From: a virus
Taxonomy: Duplodnaviria; Caudoviricetes
Virus record (IMG/VR): IMGVR_UViG_3300030433_002227
Coordinates: 1-46,331 of that record
DNA length: 46,331 nt
Reading direction: 5' to 3' (one strand)
Shown: piece after piece, positions 25,577-34,469 of the stretch
How the letters are laid out: each line of letters starts with the position of its first letter
Position numbering within the stretch: the stretch's first letter is position 1
Notes under the pieces: model-generated
Seen by the model: only the letters and a program-made list of their open reading frames with translations
Database searches by the model: none
What the model was told of the DNA's origin: nothing
Translations under genes and position numbers: made by a program

Positions 25577-25600
25577 ACGACAAACAATATGGAGAAAAAA

Positions 25601-25783
25601 ATGACTTATAAAGAAATATGCGAAAACAAAAATATTGAGGAACTAAACAAGACCATTGATATACTTACAATGTGGCTTGATGAAGCAAACAAAAGAACTA
25701 GAATTTGTAAGCCTGAGATTCTTAAACTTTCAAGAAGTCTTAAAACTGCTTACAGAGTATTAGCTAACAAATATGGAGCATAG
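25601..25783 (+). CDS. Small hypothetical early protein
   Basis: GGAG-A6-ATG RBS. Confidence 0.65.
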   Translation: MTYKEICENKNIEELNKTIDILTMWLDEANKRTRICKPEILKLSRSLKTAYRVLANKYGA

Positions 25784-25784
25784 T

Positions 25785-26027
25785 ATGGGATTTCCTACCG
25801 AGCGACTAAAACAATTTTTCAACAATATTATTGTTGATACTTCACCAGAAAATATTATTGAACAATTAGAACCACTTGCAGAAGATGAAATAAATTCAAT
25901 ACGAGATTTTCTACAACAGGTTGATATGCTTACCTATGATAGGATGACTGTTTTAGACAAACGACTTAATCAAGAATTTGAACAAAGCATGGAACAATTA
26001 GATAACTTATCAATAAGGAGTAATTAG
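25785..26027 (+). CDS. Hypothetical protein
   Basis: GGAG RBS; operon context. Confidence 0.65.
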   Translation: MGFPTERLKQFFNNIIVDTSPENIIEQLEPLAEDEINSIRDFLQQVDMLTYDRMTVLDKRLNQEFEQSMEQLDNLSIRSN

Positions 26028-26215
26028 TGGATAAAGAAATATTTAAAAAATTCAGAAATGATATAGGGGTGTCTCAGCAACAAATGGCTGAGATACTCGG
26101 CTACAAAGATAAGTCTATCATATGTAAATATGAAACAGGTGAAAGAACAATAAATCCAAGATTAGAAAAACTTATAATGAACGAAATGGAGAAAAGAAAT
26201 GTATCCAATGCCTAG
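26027..26215 (+). CDS. XRE-family HTH regulator
   Basis: R..IGVSQQQMAEILG....I.KYETG.R; AAGGAG plus GTG start. Confidence 0.85.
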   Translation: MDKEIFKKFRNDIGVSQQQMAEILGYKDKSIICKYETGERTINPRLEKLIMNEMEKRNVSNA

Positions 26216-26474
26216 ATGGGATAATGCGCCAGAATGGTCACATAAAGGTTATGTGTATCAACCTTTCTTAGATGAAGATTACGAAAGAGTAAAAGTTCAT
26301 CATGATATTTATAGAAGGGTTGATTTATTGCAAGCAAAAAAATTCGGTGGTTCAGCAACCCCTGTTTTTACAAGCAATAGTTTGCAGGATTATTCAGCGT
26401 ATCAATACCTCACTGAAGAACAATTTGTAGAATTTATTGATAAGATGGATTGGGTTTTACAAAATGGTAGATAA
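26199..26474 (+). CDS. Hypothetical protein
   Basis: GGAG RBS. Confidence 0.65.
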   Translation: MYPMPRWDNAPEWSHKGYVYQPFLDEDYERVKVHHDIYRRVDLLQAKKFGGSATPVFTSNSLQDYSAYQYLTEEQFVEFIDKMDWVLQNGR

Positions 26475-26637
26475 CGAAAGTGTTGAGGATTTTAAAAATA
26501 AGTTGGAAGACTCTTTGGATAAACTTATCAACTTTCAAAAAAAACCAGAACCAGAAGTAAAACAAAAAAAACAAAGACCAATGACATCTGCTGAAGTAAG
26601 AGCCAAGAGTGGATGGCGCAGAGGGCTAACATTATGA
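26464..26637 (+). CDS. Hypothetical protein
   Basis: Operon-coupled ORF. Confidence 0.5.
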   Translation: MVDNESVEDFKNKLEDSLDKLINFQKKPEPEVKQKKQRPMTSAEVRAKSGWRRGLTL

Positions 26638-26870
26638 GGATCAATCAGATGAGAATATTTTTAATTTTATTTGCTTTATCAGGATGCGCTTACAAACCAG
26701 TAGTCGATTTAAGGGCATCAGAAGAAAAGGCACAATTAGTTCAGAGGGATACAATGGAATGTAAGACTATCATCAAAGAAAACATCTCATGGTATATGAA
26801 CAGAGATGTTCCTTTGCAAAACTGTCTTGAGGGCAGGGGTCACTCTGTTTTAAATAAATTGACAAACTAA
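26634..26870 (+). CDS. Putative lipoprotein
   Basis: MRIFLILFALSGC lipobox; ECK...NCL.GRG. Confidence 0.72.
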   Translation: MRINQMRIFLILFALSGCAYKPVVDLRASEEKAQLVQRDTMECKTIIKENISWYMNRDVPLQNCLEGRGHSVLNKLTN

Positions 26871-26887
26871 AAACATTAATTAATAAT
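26859..26887 (+). promoter_or_regulatory. Sigma70-like promoter without the operator
   Basis: TTGACA-17-AATAAT upstream of the DUF932 gene. Confidence 0.4.
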
Positions 26888-26915
26888 TTAAAGACCACAA
26901 CAAACGGAGAAAAAT

Positions 26916-27746
26916 ATGGATGGTACAATATTAAACGAATGGGACTTCCCTGTGCATGAAGAGATTATGCAGACCAAAAGCGGAATAGAAATCCCTGCAA
27001 CAATGCAAAAAGCAATTATACGCTCTGATACAAATCAACCACTTGCAACAGTTGGTAAAAAATATACGATTGTGAAACATCAAGATGTTGTCAAATCAAT
27101 AAGAGATGCAATATCGAAAGCCAATATATCAAAAGATTTCACAGAAAATATTGAGGTGTTTGATGGTGGTAAAAGAATAAGAGGTTCAATACTTTTCAAT
27201 GATATGACCATAGAACCAATGGTCGGTGATTACATAAAATATCAAGTTCTGTATTATAATTCTTATGATGGAACTTGGTCTTTTTCTGTAGCAGGTATGG
27301 GTTTTAGATTGTTCTGTAAAAATGGATGTGCAGATCAACACTCTATTGCAAAAACCGTCAACAAACACACCGCTAATATAAACATACAAGCATCAACCAA
27401 ACAGATTGAAAAAAGTGCAGATATTTTCTTCAATAATATTGGTTGGTATAAAGCAATGAGTCTAGCAACAATAACAGATTTACAAGCAGAGGGATTTTTT
27501 AAATTACATATGTGTAGGGCTTACACAAAAACATCTGAAAAGAAGATAAATAAAAAGCGTCTTGAAAAATTGATGGGCTTTTGGATTGATAACAAAAGAC
27601 AAGTCGGTTCTAATAAATGGGCTTTATATAATGCCTGTACCTATTGGGCGACTCATACGAATGATGTGAAGAACCCAGAGATAGAAAGGAATGAGAGAGA
27701 AAGACTTGTTGCAAAAGCCGTCAAAGAAACTGTTTGGTCAATATAA
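26916..27746 (+). CDS. DUF932-family protein
   Basis: R.DT...L..VG..Y, NSYDG, R..C.NG, H, W.LYNA.T motifs. Confidence 0.82.
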   Translation: MDGTILNEWDFPVHEEIMQTKSGIEIPATMQKAIIRSDTNQPLATVGKKYTIVKHQDVVKSIRDAISKANISKDFTENIEVFDGGKRIRGSILFNDMTIEPMVGDYIKYQVLYYNSYDGTWSFSVAGMGFRLFCKNGCADQHSIAKTVNKHTANINIQASTKQIEKSADIFFNNIGWYKAMSLATITDLQAEGFFKLHMCRAYTKTSEKKINKKRLEKLMGFWIDNKRQVGSNKWALYNACTYWATHTNDVKNPEIERNERERLVAKAVKETVWSI

Positions 27747-27756
27747 GGAGATTACC

Positions 27757-27927
27757 ATGCGAAAATACAGAGACACATTATTTGTTTTATTGTTTATGGT
27801 TGGATTTATTCTGTTGTTTGAATTCATAGCTATAAATTGGGTGCTTGGTTGCGAAACATGGGATTCTTCTTTGTGGACTGCACAAAACTCTTGCATGACA
27901 CCTGCACAACTTTTTGGGTTTAACTAA
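27757..27927 (+). CDS. Small membrane protein
   Basis: AAGGAG RBS; one TM helix; GCETW...NSC. Confidence 0.65.
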   Translation: MRKYRDTLFVLLFMVGFILLFEFIAINWVLGCETWDSSLWTAQNSCMTPAQLFGFN

Positions 27928-28346
27928 TGATAGAGTCATTCATCGCCTGTATAGCAACTGCGATTTACTTTGAGGCAAGGAGTGAACCTCTTCTTGGTCA
28001 GATTGCAGTTGCCCACGTTATAATGAACAGGGTTGAGGACAAAAACTTTCCGAATGACCCTTGTTCTGTTGTCACACAATCCAAGACTTATAAATGGAAT
28101 CCAGATGTGCCTATTCGTAACAAATGCCAATTTTCATTTTACTGTGATGGAAAATCTGACATACCTAAAGATATGGAAGCCTATGACTTAGCTAGAATGA
28201 TAGCATGGGGCGTGTATAACGAGCGTGTAAGCGACCCAACAGATGGTTCAGTGTATTACCATGCAGATTACGTTGCGCCTATGTGGGCTTCTAAAAAGCG
28301 CTATTACAGACAAATCAAAACTCACATATTTTATAAGGAAAATTAG
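27927..28346 (+). CDS. SleB-like cell wall hydrolase (Hydrolase_2)
   Basis: C.A..IYFEARSE, VA.V..NRV...FP, CQFSF.CDG, YHA..V.P.W, HIFY. Confidence 0.92.
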   Translation: MIESFIACIATAIYFEARSEPLLGQIAVAHVIMNRVEDKNFPNDPCSVVTQSKTYKWNPDVPIRNKCQFSFYCDGKSDIPKDMEAYDLARMIAWGVYNERVSDPTDGSVYYHADYVAPMWASKKRYYRQIKTHIFYKEN

Positions 28347-28922
28347 ATGGCTCTAGCAATACCCCCAGAGATAAGAAGTAGTGACATGGGTGTAACTTCT
28401 TGTTTAGATTTAAATCAAGAGGAAACAAAAAAAATCATTGCCTTACATAAAGATGATTCGACTTTCCACCGCAAGGGAAAAGTTCAAAATGAAGATTCAA
28501 ATGTGATTGATTTCAAAAAAAGAGAGGTGGATGTATTTGTCATCCATGAAAAACATGAATGGGTTGATGAACTGTTGATTCTTGGTGCGAAAAATGCAAA
28601 TGAGCTTTTTCAGTTCAATCTCACTGGTATTCTAGAAAGACCACAACTCCTGAGATATTCTGCTCCATCAATCGGTTATGGGTGGCACTTAGACATAGGC
28701 ACAGGAGATCATAGCACTCGCAAGATAAGTATCAGCGTTTGCCTTAATAGTGATTACGATGGTGGAGAACTTGCTTTTTTCATGACAGGTGAACAAACTA
28801 TCAAGCCAGATGCAGGAACAGGGATAGCATTTCCATCATTTATGCCCCATAGGGTGACACCTGTAACAAAAGGTGAAAGATGGGCATTAGTATGTTGGAT
28901 TACAGGTGAACCGTTTCGATAG
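28347..28922 (+). CDS. 2OG-Fe(II) dioxygenase (P4Hc/PKHD-like)
   Basis: WHLD, RKIS, YDGGEL, FPS...HRV.PVT.G.R. Confidence 0.9.
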   Translation: MALAIPPEIRSSDMGVTSCLDLNQEETKKIIALHKDDSTFHRKGKVQNEDSNVIDFKKREVDVFVIHEKHEWVDELLILGAKNANELFQFNLTGILERPQLLRYSAPSIGYGWHLDIGTGDHSTRKISISVCLNSDYDGGELAFFMTGEQTIKPDAGTGIAFPSFMPHRVTPVTKGERWALVCWITGEPFR

Positions 28923-28923
28923 G

Positions 28924-29193
28924 TTATTCTGGCTCAACATAGGATAAACGCATTGGCTCAACATCATCCCCTGTTACAAGTAAGCCACAGAAAAAAGCAA
29001 GTCGATGAAGTTCTTTTGTGCCTTTTTCAGTGAGAAATATCTCATCTGCTGATTGAAAAACATAACGATCATGCAATAAATCTTTTAATATGAAATCGTA
29101 AGGTTTACGTCCAAAAAAAACTGTAATCAGACCTGCAAATCTTTTGTTTTGTGGCTCACTTAAATAACGTGCTTTTTGCAACGGTGGATTCAT
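28924..29193 (-). CDS. Hypothetical protein
   Basis: ATGA-coupled to the holin. Confidence 0.6.
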   Translation of the reverse strand: MNPPLQKARYLSEPQNKRFAGLITVFFGRKPYDFILKDLLHDRYVFQSADEIFLTEKGTKELHRLAFFCGLLVTGDDVEPMRLSYVEPE

Positions 29194-29585
29194 TTCGTCA
29201 ATCCCTTGTATTTCTCAAAACTGCGTAATGAACCTAATCCCAACATACCAAGTAAAATAGTTGTTAAGGTCTCCATATCGAAACTAGGTAACTCAGGAAT
29301 CTTGATGCCAACAATCGCTGTTGTGAAAAGTATAAGGGGACTAATGACAAAGTGCCACGCAAGCGCGACACCACACGTCCATCCGATAAACGGACGCCAT
29401 CCACTAACAAAGATTGACCTGTGTTGCGCTTCTGCTTTGTTGACTTCAATTTGGGCGAGTTGCGCTTCGTGTGCTTGTTTTTCTGCGAGGGTTGCGATTT
29501 CATGCGCGAGGGCATTTTTCTGATCCTTATCTTCAATAAACTTATCAAGCAACCCTGTGACAGGTGCGATGAGATTCTGTATCAT
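29190..29585 (-). CDS. Holin of 3 TMs (GTA_holin_3TM family)
   Basis: E.NK.EA...S.FV.GWRP.IGW.C, LG.LGLG..RS.EK. Confidence 0.88.
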   Translation of the reverse strand: MIQNLIAPVTGLLDKFIEDKDQKNALAHEIATLAEKQAHEAQLAQIEVNKAEAQHRSIFVSGWRPFIGWTCGVALAWHFVISPLILFTTAIVGIKIPELPSFDMETLTTILLGMLGLGSLRSFEKYKGLTK

Positions 29586-29968
29586 ACGAGTCGCCTTATT
29601 TCTTTTAGCTTTTTGATATCTTTTGATTTTGTGCCACCGTCATATTTCCACGCATAACCACGCAATACCATTTCTTCATTGATATTCGTTGCGCTACACC
29701 AGATATCCCCAAGCATCCTTCCATATTTACCATCCTTCTCTGTGGCAACCCAGAGATTTTCACAATCTTCTAAACGTCTTTCCAGAAATTCTTTTGCATC
29801 TATGCCTAGTGCTTTTTCTTCAGTATCTAATGTTCTGGATTCTGGGGCATCTATCCCATTTAATCGAATGCGCTCTTTCTTAAACATATCAAAACCCAAA
29901 TCAATGATGACATCAACTGTATCACCATCAACAACCTTAACCACTTCTCTTATTTTATATTCATACAT
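29582..29968 (-). CDS. Thermonuclease (SNase family)
   Basis: VVDGDT, RIRL.GIDAPE, KYGR.L, GYA..Y. Confidence 0.92.
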   Translation of the reverse strand: MYEYKIREVVKVVDGDTVDVIIDLGFDMFKKERIRLNGIDAPESRTLDTEEKALGIDAKEFLERRLEDCENLWVATEKDGKYGRMLGDIWCSATNINEEMVLRGYAWKYDGGTKSKDIKKLKEIRRLV

Positions 29969-30396
29969 TAAAAATCATCCGAATCTGTGCCAGTGCGAAT
30001 CATCTCAACAATACGACCTCCACGTTGCCCAACTTGTTTATACCACCGTGAGTCAGCAAACTCATCTGCGCTTGTTTGGTAATCCCTGCGTTTCAAAGCA
30101 TCAAGTGCTTTGACAAATCCGTGAAGTCGTGGCATCCCCATATTGAAAACTAAATCAGCAAGACATCTCGCCCTTACCTCGTCCAAATCTCTCCACCAAG
30201 GCAACTCCTTATCTAGCTCTGCCTCTACAATATCAATATCATTAGACAGCAAGTAATCTACCTCATCATCAGATAGTCCTCTGTCTTTGAGATTCCTTCC
30301 CACCCCTATCGTTTCAATTCCAAGTGTATCAAGATACACTTTATTGTGAACTCCTTCATGGAAGCGTATTTGTTTGATAAATCTGTTTTTATTCAT
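29968..30396 (-). CDS. Endolysin, GH24 / T4 lysozyme-like
   Basis: HEG....Y.D..G..TIGVG, FNMG, DSRW..QV..R. Confidence 0.92.
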   Translation of the reverse strand: MNKNRFIKQIRFHEGVHNKVYLDTLGIETIGVGRNLKDRGLSDDEVDYLLSNDIDIVEAELDKELPWWRDLDEVRARCLADLVFNMGMPRLHGFVKALDALKRRDYQTSADEFADSRWYKQVGQRGGRIVEMIRTGTDSDDF

Positions 30397-30623
30397 TTGT
30401 CTACCTTCTGATCAAGCTTATCAAAAATAGCAGATAGCATTTTTTTGATTTCAGCTATGTCATCTTTATAATCATCTCTACGCACATAGGTATCTGGCAT
30501 ATATCGCTCCCATGCAGTCATATCTTGTTTTATTTTCTGTAAACCATCCCAGAGTGTTTTGATAATAAAGCCTAAACTTGCGACTAATACAGCCCCAATA
30601 ATATTAATTAACATTTGTTCCAT
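30393..30623 (-). CDS. Small N-terminal-TM lysis-cassette protein
   Basis: One TM helix, YV.RDD, I..KLD; precedes the endolysin. Confidence 0.7.
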   Translation of the reverse strand: MEQMLINIIGAVLVASLGFIIKTLWDGLQKIKQDMTAWERYMPDTYVRRDDYKDDIAEIKKMLSAIFDKLDQKVDK

Positions 30624-31249
30624 TATAAAGCCTCAACACAACTAAAACTTATTCCATAAGTGGATACGGCATTAGCATCCCAACCCAAATCATTAGAATC
30701 CATTCTAAATAATCCTCTTGGTGAGTTATACGTGATTGCTTGCCCTGTTCCAACAACTGCTTTAATTGATGGTTCAATCGTTACTGTAACAACTCCAGAA
30801 CTATTACTGTTAGCATCTGCGGTTACCATATATAATTTACTTGTACCTGCTGTTCCTAGTTGAATATAATCCCCTGTTCTAAATACATTACTTGTACTAG
30901 TAAGAGAAGTGGCTAAAGCTACAGTAAAATCTCCAACAGCAACGGCTGAGTTAAGAGTGATTGTTCCTGTTGCCGCACCTTGTGGTGATGTTGCATCTGG
31001 ATCACCAAGTAAAAAAGTTCCTTTTATTCCATGCAAACGCATAAAAAAAGATTCCCATTCTCTTGCTTGTTCACGCTTCATGGGCGGTAATGATAAAACG
31101 GCTGACCATAACGCATAATCATATTCGTAAACTTGTTGTGCGCCTGTAAATTGAGATTCACTGATTGCTACACGCCTATTTAACTTCCAAGATGAATCAG
31201 TAAATGATGGTGTTGTTGGCATATTTATTGGATATGTTGGTGCTGTCAT
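30623..31249 (-). CDS. Distal tail protein (Dit-like)
   Basis: Follows the TMP; S.FTG..Q, W...LPPM, L.G..GTF..GD, ends E.L. Confidence 0.75.
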   Translation of the reverse strand: MTAPTYPINMPTTPSFTDSSWKLNRRVAISESQFTGAQQVYEYDYALWSAVLSLPPMKREQAREWESFFMRLHGIKGTFLLGDPDATSPQGAATGTITLNSAVAVGDFTVALATSLTSTSNVFRTGDYIQLGTAGTSKLYMVTADANSNSSGVVTVTIEPSIKAVVGTGQAITYNSPRGLFRMDSNDLGWDANAVSTYGISFSCVEAL

Positions 31250-33280
31250 CTATCCACCAAATGAGGCCGCAAATGACCCACCCCTTTGTCGTGCATTTTG
31301 TACTGCACTAACTGTAGAATTTTGTATCATAGGCATCATAGTCAAAATCTCTGCCCTTACTGTTTGTGCAACACCTGTTTCTATGTTAAGGTTTTGATTC
31401 ACAATGATAGGTGAGCCACCCATCATACCCCTAGTATCATGGGCATTTTTTATTACCCCTGCGCTATGTGGGATAAATAACTCTGGTCCACGTTCCCCAA
31501 CCATTGTTGGTCTTGATATTGAACCACCACTTGCTTTACCTGTTCCACCAAAAAATGATGCTATACCACCCAAAGTTCCCTCTGTTGCAACTGCCATAGG
31601 TGCTGATGGGTTCATCATTCTATTGATAAGCGGATTAATAACTGAAAACTGAATTGCGGCTTTTAAAAGTTGTCTTTGAATGCTTTTAAAAATATCATTC
31701 AATGATTGCATATTAAATTCCAAATTCATTACCATATCGGCAAATGCACCTGATACACCATCAGAAAAATCTGTTATTGCCCTTTGCGTGGCTTCAACCA
31801 TAGGAGGAACACCATTTATTTTTTCTTTTAAAACATCAATCGCTTGTGTGAATGTGGCGGTATCTTCTGCACTGTTCTTTATTGCATCATCTTCTAATGC
31901 AAGTTGAAATCTTTTCAATAACTCCGTATCCTCTTTTAATGGATTAGCCAATGCTTCTGCTTGTTGTTTCAAGACTGTAAAATCACCTTCTGTATCTACA
32001 TTTTTATCTGAAAGGGCATTAATTATACTTGCTTCTAATTCATCTATTGTCTTTGCACCTTGTCCAACAACACTATCTTCACCAACGAATATTTTCTTGA
32101 AATCATCTACAAAATCTCCCAACCCTGCTTTATCAAGAGTATTTTTTATATCTTCAAATGTTTTAACTATTTCATTTCTAAACGCAACTATAGCGGTTGT
32201 AGCGGCAACTAATCCTAAAATCCCTTTTCTTGACGCAATAATAGATATGGATGCTAAAAGACCTGCTCTTGCCGCCATAACAAATGCTTTTGCTAATTGA
32301 AAAACACCAACACTTGCGGCTAATGCACTCCTTCCTAAAACAAACCCCCCAAAACCTACAGTCAACTTTACTAGTTTATCAAAATGTTTGTTCACAAAAA
32401 TTAATGCTCTGCCAAGAGCAGAGCCAAGTATTCTTGCAAAATTATTGGTTTCAGTGAGTGCTGAAGTGAGGTTATCTGTTGTTAATTTTATGGCATCATT
32501 CAAACCGCCTTCACCTATTTCAAGTAAAGTGTTATTTGCCGCTATGCCAAGATTAGATAACCTAACTGATAAATTCTGTGATGCTGTTGCCATCGCACCT
32601 GCAAAACGAGCATCAAGACCTTTATTCAAGGTCTCCATGATTATTGCCGCACCTTCAGCAGATTGACCAAACTCTGCTATATCTTGACGGGCTAAATTTA
32701 ACTCATCTTGCAGAATTTTAAGAACAGGTATCCCTGCTTCATTAATGATGTTTAATTCTTCCAGTCCTAAACCACCACCAACAGACCGTTGAAAAACCTT
32801 AATTAATGCTTCAAATGTACGAACCTTATCAGTTGTAACAGAAGCCGCATCACCAAAAGTCGTTAATAATTTTTCTGTAGGAGCTATTCCTGCACCGCCA
32901 AGTTGTATGAAGGCTCTTGATAAAGTTTGGATATCAAATGGCGTTCTTTGTGCAAATTGATTTATAAAATCAAATGCCGCTTCCCCACCTTCTGCTGATT
33001 GAAAAACAGAATTAAGGGAAGCTCTCAAATCTTCCATTTCTGCGCTTGCTCTTACAACTTGGAATCCCAATGCACTTATACCAAGAGTTGCTATAACTGA
33101 ACCAAGATTAAAAAATGCAGATGTGAGATTACTGACACCTCTAGACGCAATATCCATTGATTGCCTCATTCGTGCGCCTGAGGTAGCTGTTATCCTTTGT
33201 GTGTTGGAAAGTTGCCTTCTTAATTGGCTCATATCCGCTTCTATACGGACGAGCAGGGTGTCTACTGTTGTTGCCGCCAT
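31250..33280 (-). CDS. Tape measure protein
   Basis: LLVRIEAD start, FA..TPF tape domain, VGERGPELFIP. Confidence 0.93.
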   Translation of the reverse strand: MAATTVDTLLVRIEADMSQLRRQLSNTQRITATSGARMRQSMDIASRGVSNLTSAFFNLGSVIATLGISALGFQVVRASAEMEDLRASLNSVFQSAEGGEAAFDFINQFAQRTPFDIQTLSRAFIQLGGAGIAPTEKLLTTFGDAASVTTDKVRTFEALIKVFQRSVGGGLGLEELNIINEAGIPVLKILQDELNLARQDIAEFGQSAEGAAIIMETLNKGLDARFAGAMATASQNLSVRLSNLGIAANNTLLEIGEGGLNDAIKLTTDNLTSALTETNNFARILGSALGRALIFVNKHFDKLVKLTVGFGGFVLGRSALAASVGVFQLAKAFVMAARAGLLASISIIASRKGILGLVAATTAIVAFRNEIVKTFEDIKNTLDKAGLGDFVDDFKKIFVGEDSVVGQGAKTIDELEASIINALSDKNVDTEGDFTVLKQQAEALANPLKEDTELLKRFQLALEDDAIKNSAEDTATFTQAIDVLKEKINGVPPMVEATQRAITDFSDGVSGAFADMVMNLEFNMQSLNDIFKSIQRQLLKAAIQFSVINPLINRMMNPSAPMAVATEGTLGGIASFFGGTGKASGGSISRPTMVGERGPELFIPHSAGVIKNAHDTRGMMGGSPIIVNQNLNIETGVAQTVRAEILTMMPMIQNSTVSAVQNARQRGGSFAASFGG

Positions 33281-33469
33281 TTAATCTGGATACCTTTCCA
33301 TCAAATCTTTCAATTCATCCTTGAACATTGGGGGCGGCTTCCCATCTGAATGAAATTCTGCAAAACCTGTTGTTGCCGCATAAAACTCTGGAAAACTCAT
33401 ATCCCAAAAAACCCTAGGTTCAATACCCATTTTTCCAAGAGCCATCTGCATCCAATCATCCCAAGGCAA
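33281..33469 (-). CDS. Tail assembly chaperone, gpT-like (frameshift-fused)
   Basis: P..FW.MS..E, LM.RYPD; reached by a -1 frameshift. Confidence 0.8.
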   Translation of the reverse strand: MPWDDWMQMALGKMGIEPRVFWDMSFPEFYAATTGFAEFHSDGKPPPMFKDELKDLMERYPD

Positions 33470-33474
33470 TTTAT

Positions 33475-33825
33475 CTATACTGACTGTGCCGCCTCTTTTT
33501 CGTTTCCCTCTTCACCACTTGGATCAAGAATTGATGTTACAATTTGTGCAATAATGGAGAGAGTATTGCTCAATCCATTTTTCCAACATAATTCTGCAAC
33601 TTCTTTTTCTGAAATATCATTACCCCCTGCTTTTATTATGGGATGTAAAATAAATGATATTTCATTCATTTTAAGTTTACCTTGAGAAAGTTGTTGAGCT
33701 ATTTCCACAACACCCAAATCAAGACCCATCTCAATTCTTTGCACAACATCAAGTGTAATTCTTCCGTTAAACTTCTTCTCCGCTAAGATTATCTCCAGTT
33801 CTCCTCGCTTTGGATTTGCCATCAT
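33475..33825 (-). CDS. Tail assembly chaperone, gpG / GTA-gp10-like
   Basis: MANPKRGE start; between the MTP and TMP. Confidence 0.82.
   Translation of the reverse strand: MMANPKRGELEIILAEKKFNGRITLDVVQRIEMGLDLGVVEIAQQLSQGKLKMNEISFILHPIIKAGGNDISEKEVAELCWKNGLSNTLSIIAQIVTSILDPSGEEGNEKEAAQSV
33502..33508 (-). other. -1 programmed frameshift slippery site G GGA AAC
   Basis: In-frame X XXY YYZ; the -1 frame is open into the 33281-33469 ORF. Confidence 0.8.
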
Positions 33826-34039
33826 TGACCCCTTTTGTTAAAACAATTATTTCTTCATTGCGATCAGCAACATTCTCAACTGAAATTGCTGTGTGAGTTT
33901 TGCCACCGCTTTTGAACTTCCCACCCTCATCAATCTCTGATGCAAATGGAAAACACCACAAAATATTACCATCAGATAGCTTTTTTGAGACTACCCAATC
34001 GGTATCATCAATTGTGGCTTTTACCTGTTCCCAACTCAT
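33767..34039 (-). CDS. Hypothetical tail-region protein
   Basis: Starts just after the MTP stop. Confidence 0.55.
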   Translation of the reverse strand: MSWEQVKATIDDTDWVVSKKLSDGNILWCFPFASEIDEGGKFKSGGKTHTAISVENVADRNEEIIVLTKGVNDGKSKARRTGDNLSGEEV

Positions 34040-34043
34040 TAGA

Positions 34044-34457
34044 TTACACTGTAGCAAAAGTGAGCGCACCAGAAGATTCAAATGTGAACGAATATGTCAC
34101 TTCACCATTGTATTCACCTGCGTACTCTAATGATGTTAGTTGAAATGCCCCAGTATATGTTCCAAAATCAGGAATCAAAAATTGATAATTACCCAAACTT
34201 GATGCATCATATTTTGAGCGTAGAGTTGTTTCTGATGCTGAATCTGTAAACACTCCAGACCCAGATACAGTCATGCTTGTTACACCTGCTTGAGCTAGTA
34301 ATGTCCTCGCTCTCGATGAGTCCTTATTCGTTACATCAACCATCTCATCATTGAGTGTCATACTTGTTGAGCGCATACCACCGATTGTTGTGAATGTTTC
34401 TGGTGATCCTGCGTTGCCTATTTTCATCAATAGGGCTGAACCTTTTTGTGCCGCCAT
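34044..34457 (-). CDS. Major tail protein (TP901-1 / GTA type)
   Basis: MAAQKG..LL.K, VDVT..DS, SGSGVF, PDFG...G.F, LEYAG. Confidence 0.94.
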   Translation of the reverse strand: MAAQKGSALLMKIGNAGSPETFTTIGGMRSTSMTLNDEMVDVTNKDSSRARTLLAQAGVTSMTVSGSGVFTDSASETTLRSKYDASSLGNYQFLIPDFGTYTGAFQLTSLEYAGEYNGEVTYSFTFESSGALTFATV

Positions 34458-34469
34458 GTCTAACTCCTT

